In this document: one piece after another, positions 54,495-64,000 of the stretch
Position numbering within the stretch: position 1 is the stretch's first letter
Layout of the letters: every line of letters begins with the position of its first letter
Assembly (NCBI GenBank): GCA_009914755.4
Contig: CP086569.2
Coordinates: 29,376,001 to 29,440,000 of the forward strand
Origin: the human T2T-CHM13v2.0 reference genome, Homo sapiens
Direction: 5' to 3'
Length of the DNA stretch: 64,000 nucleotides
Notes under the pieces: generated by a model
The model's input: only the letters and a program-made list of their open reading frames with translations
Told to the model about the DNA's origin: nothing
Database searches by the model: none
Position numbers and translations under genes: made by a program

Positions 54495-57344
54495 TGGACT
54501 CAAATTGAAAGGGCTCGAAAGGAATGGAGTCAAATGGAATGGTCTGGAATGGAGTGAACACGAATGTAATGCAATCCAATAGAATGGAATCGAATGGCAT
54601 GGAATATAAAGAAATGGAATCGAAGAGAATGGAAACAAATGGAATGGAATTGAATGGAATGGAATTGAATGGAATGGGAACGAATGGAGTGAAATTGTAT
54701 GCAGTAGAAGAGAATAGAATGGAATGCAAGCGAAAGGAAAGGAATGGATTGGAATGGAATGGAATTCATTGGAATGGAAGGGAATGTAGTGTAATGGACA
54801 GGCCTGGAATAAAGTGGAATGCTACGGTCTCGAATTGAATAAAAATGTATGGAATGGAATGCAATGAAACGGAATCGAATGTCATAGAATGTAATGGAAT
54901 GCAAAAAATTGGAATCCAAAATCATTGACTGGAAAGGCTGGGTGTCGAAAGGAATTGACTCCAATGGAATGGAATCGAATGGAATGGAAGTGAATAGAAT
55001 CGAACTAAATCGAATGGAATGGAATTGATAGGAACGGAATGGAAAGGAATGCAATGATTTGGCATGGAGTGGAATCGAATGGCATCGAATGGAATGGAAT
55101 GGAATGCAATGGAATGGAATGTATTAGAATGTAATGAACATTAATGGAATGTACTCGAATGGATTCGACTGGCATGGAATGTTCTGGAAATGAATGGAAT
55201 CCAATGGAATGGATTCAAAAGGAATGGAATCGTACGGAATGGAATCTAATGGAATGGAATTAAATGGAAATGAATCAAATTGAATAGCACGGAATTGAAT
55301 TGAATGGAATCGAATGCAATGGAATCTAATGAAACGGAAAGGAAAGGAATGGAATGGAATGGAATGGGCTGGAATGGAAAGGAATCGAAACGAATGGAAT
55401 GGAATCGAACTGAAGAGACTGGAATGGAATGCACTGGAATGGAAGGGAGTGTAATGGAAGGTTCTCGACAAAAATGGAATCGAATGGAATGGAATTGAAT
55501 GGAACGGAATAGAGTCGAATGGAATTGAATGGAATGGAATGGACTAGAGTGAAATGGAATCGAACCACAAGGAATGGACAGGAATAGAATGGTCTCGAAT
55601 TGAATGGAATCGTATGGAATGGCATCAAACGGAATGGAATGGACAGCCACGGAATGGAATGCACTCGAATGCAATGGAGTCGAAACTAATGGACTGGAAT
55701 AGAATGGACTCGACTGGTACGGACTCCAATGGAATGGAATCGAATGGAAGGGAATCGAATGGAATGGACTCGAAGGGAAAAGACTGCAATGGAAAGGTCT
55801 CGAATGGAATGGAAATTAATGGAATGGAATGGAATCGAATGAAATGGAGTCAAAAGGAATGGAATCGAATGGCAAGAAATCGAATGTAATGGAATCGCAA
55901 GGAATTGATGTGAACGGAACGGAATGGAATGGAATCCAAAGGAATGGAATAGAATGGAATGGAATCGAATGGAAAGGACTCGAATGGAAATCACTAGAAT
56001 AGAAAGCAATTTAATAAAATAGGATCAAATGTAATGGAATGGAATGGAAAGGAATCGAAACGAAAGGAATGGAGACAGATGGAATGGAATGGAACAGAGA
56101 GCAATGGTATAGAATGGAATGGAATCATCTGGAATGGAATTGAATGGAATGGAATAATATGAAATGGAATGGAATGGAATGGAATGCCTTTGAATTAAAT
56201 GGACTGGAATGGAATGGACTCGAACAGAGTGGAATGGAAAGTGATGAGATAGAATGGAATGGACTCGTTTGGAATGGTGTAGTATGCAATGTAATCGACT
56301 GGCAGGGAATCAAAAGGAATGTAATCGAATGGATTGTACTGGAATGCAATGGACTCGAATAGATTGGAAACGGAATGCAAAGGAATGGAATGGAATAGTA
56401 TGGAATGGAATGGAAAGAAATGGAGTGGAATAGACTAGAGTGGAATGGAATGGACTGGAAAGCAATGGACTGGAATGGAACTTTCTTGAATGGACTGGAA
56501 TCAAACGGAATGGAATGCAATGCAATCAAATGGCATGGAATAAAATAGAATGAAAGAGAATCAAATGGAATTGAATCGAATGGAATCGAATGGATTGGAA
56601 AGGAATAGAATGGAATGGTATGGAATTGACTCAAATGGAATGGACTAGAATGGAATGGATTCGAATGGAAGGCAAAGGAATGGAATCTATTGGAATGGAC
56701 TGTAATGGAATGGAATGGAAGGGATTGGAATGGACTCGAATGGAATGGACTGCAATAGAAAGGATTCGAATGGAATGAAAAAGAATTGAATGGAATAGAA
56801 CACAATGGAATCAAATCGAATGAAATGGAATGGAATAGAAAGGAATGGAATGAAATGGAATGGAAAGGATTCGAATGGAATGCAATCGAATGGAATGGAA
56901 TCGAACGGAATGGAATAAAATGGAAGAAAACTGGCAAGAAATGGAATCGAAATGAATGGAGTGTTATGGAACGGACTCAAAAGGAATTGAATGTAATAGA
57001 ATGGAGTGGAGTGGACTCGAATATAATGGACTGGAATGGAATGAAATCACATGGAATGGGAACGAATGGAATGGAATGGAAAGGAATGGAATCGAATGGA
57101 AAGGAATCGAATGGAAGGGAATGAAATTGAATCAACAGGAATGGAAGGGAATAGAATAGACGGTAATGGAATGGACTCGAATAGAATGGACACGAATGCT
57201 CAAATTGAATGGACTCGAATGGAATGGAAACGAAAGGAATGTCATCGAATGGAATTGAATCGATTGGAATGAAATCGCATAGAATGGAGTGGAATCAAAT
57301 GGAATTGAATCGAAAGCAAAGGAAGCGAATGGACTGAAATGAAA
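54495..57344. repeat. HOR deletion-variant unit 15 (2,850 bp), delimited by identical deletion junctions
   Basis: The same junction sequence occurs at ~54495 and ~57345. The unit lacks the segment running from gaatggaaagtaatgcaatgg through the unit boundary to ggaatggatagtaatggactggagtgaaatggactggaaaggaatgg. Confidence 0.8.
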
Positions 57345-60174
57345 TGGACTCAAATTGAAAGGGCTCGAAAGGAATGGAGTCAAATGGAATGGTCTGGAAT
57401 GGAGTGAACACGAATGTAATGCAATCCAATAGAATGGAATCGAATGGCATGGAATATAAAGAAATGGAATCGAAGAGAATGGAAACAAATGGAATGGAAT
57501 TGAATGGAATGGAATTGAATGGAATGGGAACGAATGGAGTGAAATTGTATGCAGTAGAAGAGAATAGAATGGAATGCAAGCGAAAGGAAAGGAATGGATT
57601 GGAATGGAATGGAATTCATTGGAATGGAAGGGAATGTAGTGTAATGGACAGGCCTGGAATAAAGTGGAATGCTACGGTCTCGAATGGAATAAAAATGTAT
57701 GGAATGGAATGCAATGAAACGGAATCGAATGTCATAGAATGTAATGGAATGCAAAAAATTGGAATCCAAAATCATTGACTGGAAAGGCTGGGTGTCGAAA
57801 GGAATTGACTCCAATGGAATGGAATCGAATGGAATGGAAGTGAATAGAATCCAACTAAATCGAATGGAATGGAATTGATAGGAACGGAATGGAAAGGAAT
57901 GCAATGATTTGGCATGGAGTGGAATCGAATGGCATCGAATGGAATGGAATGGAATGCAATGGAATGGAATGTATTAGAATGTAATGAACATTAATGGAAT
58001 GTACTCGAATGGATTCGACTGGCATGGAATGTTCTGGAAGTGAATGGAATCCAATGGAATGGATTCAAAAGGAATGGAATCGTACGGAAAGGAATCTAAT
58101 GGAATGGAATTAAATGGAAATGAATCAAATTGAATAGCACGGAATTGAATTGAATGGAATCGAATGCAATGGAATCTAATGAAACGGAAAGGAAAGGAAT
58201 GGAATGGAATGGGCTGGAATGGAAAGGAATCGAAACGAATGGAATGGAATCGAACTGAAGAGACTGGAATGGAATGCACTGGAATGGAAGGGAGTGTAAT
58301 GGAAGGTTCTCGACAAAAATGGAATCGAATGGAATGGAATTGAATGGAACGGAATAGAGTGGAATGGAATTGAATGGAATGGAATGGACTAGAGTGAAAT
58401 GGAATCGAACCACAAGGAATGGACAGGAATAGAATGGTCTCGAATTGAATGGAATCGTATGGAATGGCATCAAACGGAATGGAATGGACAGTCACGGAAT
58501 GGAATGCATTCGAATGCAATGGAGTCGAAACTAATGGACTGGAATAGAATGGACTCGACTGGTACGAACTCCAATGGAATGGAATCGAATGGAAGGGAAT
58601 CGAACGGAATGGACTCGAAGGGAAAAGACTGCAATGGAAAGGTCTCGAATGGAATGGAAATTAATGGAATGGAATGGAATCGAATGAAATGGAGTCAAAA
58701 GGAATGGAATCGAATGGCAAGAAATCGAATGTAATGGAATCGCAAGGAATTGATGTGAACGGAACGGAATGGAATGGAATCCAAAGGAATGGAATCGAAT
58801 GGAATGGAATCGAATGGAAAGGACTCGAATGGAAATCACTCGAATAGAATGCAATTTAATAAAATAGGATCAAATGTAATGGAATGGAATGGAAAGGAAT
58901 CGAAACGAAAGGAATGGAGACAGATGGAATGGAATGGAACAGAGAGCAATGGTATAGAATGGAATGGAATCATCTGGAATGGAATTGAATGGAATGGAAA
59001 AATATGAAATGGAATGGAATGGAATGGAATGTCCTTGAATTAAATGGACTGGCATGGAATGGACTCGAACAGAGTGGAATGGAAAGTGTTGAAATAGAAT
59101 GTAATGGACTCCTTTGGAATGGTCTAGTATGCAATGCAATCGACTGGCAGGGAATCAAAAGGAATGTAATCGAATGGATTGGACTGGAATGCAATGGACT
59201 CGAATAGATTGGAAACGGAAAGCAAAGGAATGGAATGGAATAGTATGGAATGGAATGGAAAGGAATGGAGTGGAATAGACTAGAGTGGAATGGAATGGAC
59301 TCGAAAGCAATGGACTGTAATGGAACTTTCTTGAATGGACTGGAATCAAACGGAATGGAATGCAATGCAATCAAATGGCATGGAATAAAATAGAATGAAA
59401 GAGAATCAAATGGAATTGAATCGAATGGAATCGAATGGATTGGAAAGGAATAGAATGGAATGGAATGGAATTGACTCAAATGGAATGGACTAGAATGGAA
59501 TGGATTCGAATGGAAGGCAAAGGAATGGAATCTATTGGAATGGACTGTAATGGAATGGAATGGAAGGGATTGGAATGGACTCGAATGGAATAGACTGCAA
59601 TAGAAAGGATTCGAATGGAATGAAAAAGAATTGAATGGAATAGAACAGAATGGAATCAAATCGAATGAAATGGAATGGAATAGAAAGGAATGGAATGAAA
59701 TGGAATGGAAAGGATTCGAATGGAATGCAATCGAATGGAATGGAATCGAACGGAATGGAATAAAATGGAAGAAAACTGGCAAGAAATGGAATCGAAATGA
59801 ATGGAGTGTTATGGAACGGACTCAAAAGGAATTGAATGTAATAGAATGGAGTGGAGTGGACTCGAATATAATGGACTGGAATGGAATGAAATCACATGGA
59901 ATGGGAACGAATGGAATGGAATGGAAAGGAAAGGAATCGAATGGAAGGGAATGAAATTGAATCAACAGGAATGGAAGGGAATAGAATAGACGGTAATGGA
60001 ATGGACTCGAATAGAATGGACACGAATGCACAAATTGAATGGACTCGAATGGAATGGAAACGAAAGGAATGTCATCGAATGGAATTGAATCGATTGGAAT
60101 GAAATCGCATAGAATGGAGTGGAGTCAAATGGAATTGAAACGAAAGCAAAGGAAGCGAATGGACTGAAATGAAA
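57345..60174. repeat. HOR deletion-variant unit 16 (2,830 bp)
   Basis: The same junction occurs at ~57345 and ~60175. Confidence 0.8.
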
Positions 60175-63100
60175 TGGACTCAAATTGAAAGGGCTCGAAA
60201 GGAATGGAGTCAAATGGAATGGTCTGGAATGGAATGAACACGAATGTAATGCAATCCAATAGAATGGAATCGAATGGCATGGAATATAAAGAAATGGAAT
60301 CGAAGAGAATGGAAACAAATGGAATGGAATTGAATGGAATGGAATTGAATGGAATGGGAACGAATGGAGTGAAATTGTATGCAGTAGAAGAGAATAGAAT
60401 GGAATACAAGCGAAAGGAAAGGAATGGATTGGAATGGAATGGAATTCATTGGAATGGAAGGGAATGTAGTGTAATGGACAGGCCTGGAATAAAGTGGAAT
60501 GCTACGGTCTCGAATGGAATAAAAATGTATGGAATGGAATGCAATGAAACGGAATCGAATGTCATAGAATGTAATGGAATGCAACAAAATGGAATCCAAA
60601 ATCATTGACTGGAAAGGCTGGGTGTCGAAAGGAATTGACTCCAATGGAATGGAATCGAATGGAATGGAAGTGAATAGAATCGAACTAAATCGAATGGAAT
60701 GGAATTGATAGGAACGGAATGGAAAGGAATGCAATGATTTGGCATGGAATGGAATCGAATGGCATCGAATGGAATGGAATGGAATGCAATGGAATGGAAT
60801 GTATTAGAATGTAATGAACATTAATGGAATGTACTCGAATGGATTCGACTGGCATGGAATGTTCTGGAAGTGAATGGAATCCAATGGAATGGATTCAAAA
60901 GGAATGGAATCGTACGGAATGGAATCTAATGGAATGGAATTAAATGGAAATGAATCAAATTGAATAGCACGGAATTGAATTGAATGGAATCGAATGCAAT
61001 GGAATCTAATGAAACGGAAAGGAAAGGAATGGAATGGAATGGAATGGGCTGGAATGGAAAGGAATCGAAACGAATGGAATGGAATCGAACTGAAGAGACT
61101 GGAATGGAATGCACTGGAATGGAAGGGAGTGTAATGGAAGGTTCTCGACAAAAATGGAATCGAATGGAATGGAATTGAATGGAACGGAATAGAGTCGAAT
61201 GGAATTGAATGGAATGGAATGGACTAGAGTGAAATGGAATCGAACCACAAGGAATGGACAGGAATAGAATGGTCTCGAATTGAATGGAATCGTATGGAAT
61301 GGCATCAAACGGAATGGAATGGACAGCCACGGAATGGAATGCACTCGAATGCAATGGAGTCGAAACTAATGGACTGGAATAGAATGGACTCGACTGGTAG
61401 GGACTCCAATGGAATGGAATCGAATGGAAGGGAATCGAATGGAATGGACTCGAAGGGAAAAGACTGCAATGGAAAGGTATCGAATGGAATGGAAATTAAT
61501 GGAATGGAATGGAATCGAATGAAATGGAGTCAAAAGGAATGGAATCGAATGGCAAGAAATCGAATGTAATGGAATCGCAAGGAATTGATGTGAACGGAAC
61601 GGAATGGAATGGAATCCAAAGGAATGGAATAGAATGGAATGGAATCGAATGGAAAGGACTCGAATGGAAATCACTCGAATAGAAAGCAATTTAATAAAAT
61701 AGGATCAAATGTAATGGAATGGAATGGAAAGGAATCGAAACGAAAGGAATGGAGACAGATGGAATGGAATGGAACAGAGAGCAATGGTATAGAATGGAAT
61801 GGAATCATCTGGAATGGAATTGAATGGAATGGAATAATATGAAATGGAATGGAATGGAATGGAATGCCTTTGAATTAAATGGACTGGAATGGAATGGACT
61901 CGAACAGAGTGGAATGGAAAGTGATGAGATAGAATGGAATGGACTCGTTTGGAATGGTCTAGTATGCAATGCAATCGACTGGCAGGGAATCAAAAGGAAT
62001 GTAATCGAATGGATTGTACTGGAATCCAATGGACTCGAATAGATTGGAAACGGAATGCAAAGGAATGGAATGGAATAGTATGGAATGGAATGGAAAGAAA
62101 TGGAGTGGAATAGACTAGAGTGGAATGGAATGGACTCGAAAGCAATGGACTGGAATGGAACTTTCTTGAATGGACTGGAATCAAACGGAATGGAATGCAA
62201 TGCAATCAAATGGCATGGAATAAAATAGAATGAAAGAGAATCAAATGGAATTGAATCGAATGGAATCGAATGGATTGGAAAGGAATAGAATGGAATGGAA
62301 TGGAATTGACTCAAATGGAATGGACTAGAATGGAATGGATTCGAATGGAAGGCAAAGGAATGGAATCTATTGGAATGGACTGTAATGGAATGGAATGGAA
62401 GGGATTGGAATGGACTCGAATGGAATGGACTGCAATAGAAAGGATTCGAATGGAATGAAAAAGAATTGAATGGAATAGAACACAATGGAATCAAATCGAA
62501 TGAAATGGAATGGAATAGAAAGGAATGGAATGAAATGGAATGGAAAGGATTCGAATGGAATGCAATCGAATGGAATGGAATCGAACGGAATGGAATAAAA
62601 TGGAAGAAAACTGGCAAGAAATGGAATCGAAATGAATGCAGTGTTATGGAACGGACTCAAAAGGAATTGAATGTAATAGAATGGAGTGGAGTGGACTCGA
62701 ATATAATGGACTGGAAGGGAATGAAATCACATGGAATGGGAACGAATGGAATGGAATGGAAAGGAATGGAATCGAATGGAAAGGAATCGAATGGAAGGGA
62801 ATGAAATTGAATCAACAGGAATGGAAGGGAATAGAATAGACGGTAATGGAATGGACTCGAATAGAATGGACACGAATGCTCAAATTGAATGGACTCGAAT
62901 GGAATGGAAACGAAAGGAATGTCATCGAATGGAATTGAATCGATTGGAATGAAATCGCATAGAATGGAGTGGAATCAAATGGATTTGAATCGAAAGGAAA
63001 GGAAGCGAATGGACTGAAATGAAATGGAATGGAATTGAATGGAAAGTAATGCAATGGAATAGAATGGAACGAAATTTCACGGAATGGAATCAAACTGAAT

Positions 63101-63372
63101 GGAATCAAATCAATGGAATCAAATCAAATGGAATGGAAAGGAATTGAATGGAGTAGATTGGATTGGATGGGATTGGAATGAAATGTACTGGAAAGGACTC
63201 GAATTTCATGAAACGGAATGGAATGAATTGGAACGGAAGGGACTCGAATGGAATGGAATGTCATGGAATGGCATCAAATGGAATGACATCAAATGGAATG
63301 GAATCGAATACAATGGAATGTTATGGAATGGAATGGAATGCATTGGAATGGAATGTCCTCTAATGGAATGGA
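60175..63372. repeat. HOR unit 17. Its head is missing because of the third deletion. Its tail is canonical, with the ttcgagtgg landmark restored at 63373.
   Basis: Junction at ~60175. The canonical tail segment, including the stop-free frames at 62812-63398, is present. Confidence 0.8.
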
Positions 63373-64000
63373 TTCGAGTGGAATGGAATCGAATATAATG
63401 GAGTCGAATGAAATGGAATTGAAAGGAATGGGATCGAATAGAATGGAATATACTGGAATGTAATGTAATGAACTGGAATGTAATTGACTGGAATGGAATG
63501 TAGATGAATGGAATGTAATCGAATGGAAAGTAATCCAATGGAATAGAATCTAATGCAATAAAACCGACTCAGATAGAGTAGAATGTAATGGAATGGAGTG
63601 CAGTGCAATGGAATGGAATGGAATTGAATGGAATGGAATGGAATGGAATGGAATGGAATGGAATGGGATGGAATGGTATGGAATGGATAGTAATGGACTG
63701 GAGTGAAATGGACTGGAAAGGAATGGACTCAAATTGAAAGGGCTCGAAAGGAATGGAGTCAAATGGAATGGTCTGGAATGGAATGAACACGAATGTAATG
63801 CAATCCAATAGAATGGAATCGAATGGCATGGAATATAAAGAAATGGAATCGAAGAGAATGGAAACAAATGGAATGGAATTGAATGGAATGGAATTGAATG
63901 GAATGGGAACGAATGGAGTGAAATTGTATGCAGTAGAAGGGAATAGAATGGAATGCAAGCGAAAGGAAAGGAATGGATTGGAATGGAATGGAATTCATTG
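63373..64000. repeat. HOR unit 18, partial, runs to the window edge
   Basis: Landmark ttcgagtgg at 63373. Content matches the first ~630 bp of the canonical units. Confidence 0.8.

Larger units (their letters stand above)
51294..63372. repeat. Block in which the HOR period falls to ~2,840 bp because the same ~710 bp deletion recurs in three consecutive units
   Basis: The landmark atggaatcgaatgcaatggaatctaatgaaacgg is spaced 52454, 55304, 58154, 60984 (2,850, 2,850, 2,830). Upstream it is spaced 3,549. Confidence 0.8.
1..64000. repeat. HSat3-type pentameric satellite array, (GGAAT)n on + and (ATTCC)n on -, arranged in ~3.55 kb higher-order repeats (DYZ1-like)
   Basis: Near-perfect 5 bp periodicity over the whole window: ggaatggaatggaat interspersed with cgaat, ggaat, gcaat, gtaat and ggact variants. 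The + strand is A/G-rich with very few C. Diagnostic landmarks recur with a 3,549 bp period. There is one GGCC (HaeIII) site per unit (gacaggcctgg, e.g. 658-661 and 6506-6509). There is one degenerate HSat3 decamer-like motif per unit (attcgagtgg, e.g. 5849). Confidence 0.96.

Noticed and set aside
1-64000. Hundreds of 60-305 codon ORFs on both strands, many starting with ATG. The peptides are rich in MEWNG/IPFHS and are highly conserved between units.
   Set aside because: The GGAAT/ATTCC pentamer has no stop codon in any of the six frames and contains ATG on +. Peptide conservation simply mirrors DNA repeat identity. The ORFs overlap in all frames and on both strands. There is no non-repetitive domain, codon-usage signal or flanking gene structure. 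They are not coding sequences.
1-64000. Highly regular tandem repeats could superficially resemble a CRISPR array or a prokaryotic repeat region
   Set aside because: There is no repeat/unique-spacer alternation, and periodicity is 5 bp within 3.5 kb HORs. The composition and motifs are those of primate pericentromeric or Yq satellite. There are no cas-like ORFs or any real ORFs.
1-64000. Searched for an interruption of the array: a transposon (Alu, L1, LTR), a unique-sequence island, a gene, a tRNA or an rRNA
   Set aside because: Every C-containing or non-pentameric stretch I could find (e.g. gacaggcctggaataaagtggaatgctacggtctcg, ccaaaatcattgactggaaaggctgtgtgtcg, ccacaaggaatggacagg) recurs once per HOR unit at the same relative position. 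They are part of the HOR, not insertions. No poly-A tailed element, target-site duplication or structured RNA gene is visible.
1-64000. Possibility that the array is HSat2 rather than HSat3
   Set aside because: HSat2 is built on 23/26-mers containing CATCATCGA(A/G)T-type motifs. Here atcatc appears only once per 3.5 kb (ggaatcatctggaatgg) and the 5 bp GGAAT register is maintained throughout, which is characteristic of HSat3.

Overview
The whole 64 kb window is one uninterrupted pentameric satellite array, (GGAAT)n on the + strand and (ATTCC)n on the - strand, of the human satellite III (HSat3) type. Each unit has a few diverged pentamers, a single HaeIII site (GGCC) and a single degenerate HSat3-decamer-like motif (attcgagtgg). 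The pentamers are organised into a higher-order repeat (HOR) of about 3,549 bp. Inferred from that period, the pentamer family and the once-per-unit HaeIII site, this looks like the DYZ1 family of Yq12, though I cannot confirm that without alignment. There are no protein-coding genes, RNA genes, transposons or unique-sequence islands. Every ORF in the six-frame track is an artefact: the GGAAT/ATTCC pentamer has no stop codon in any frame, giving MEWNG-like peptides on + and IPFHS-like peptides on -. What is worth reporting is the structure of the array itself. I see (i) 18 HOR units with lengths from 2.83 to 5.85 kb; (ii) a 9,397 bp super-repeat, units 1+2 = units 3+4, about 99.8% identical; (iii) a three-fold tandem amplification of a 1,142 bp internal segment in units 1 and 3; (iv) one unit (43.6-47.7 kb) carrying a displaced intra-unit duplication of about 715 bp with microhomology junctions; (v) three consecutive units sharing the same ~710 bp deletion (2.84 kb variant, 51.3-60.2 kb); (vi) mosaic sharing of diagnostic variants between units 7/8 and 10/11 at offsets 7,153 and 10,657 bp. 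No new biological system is supported by the sequence. The interest is in satellite array dynamics and chromosomal assignment.
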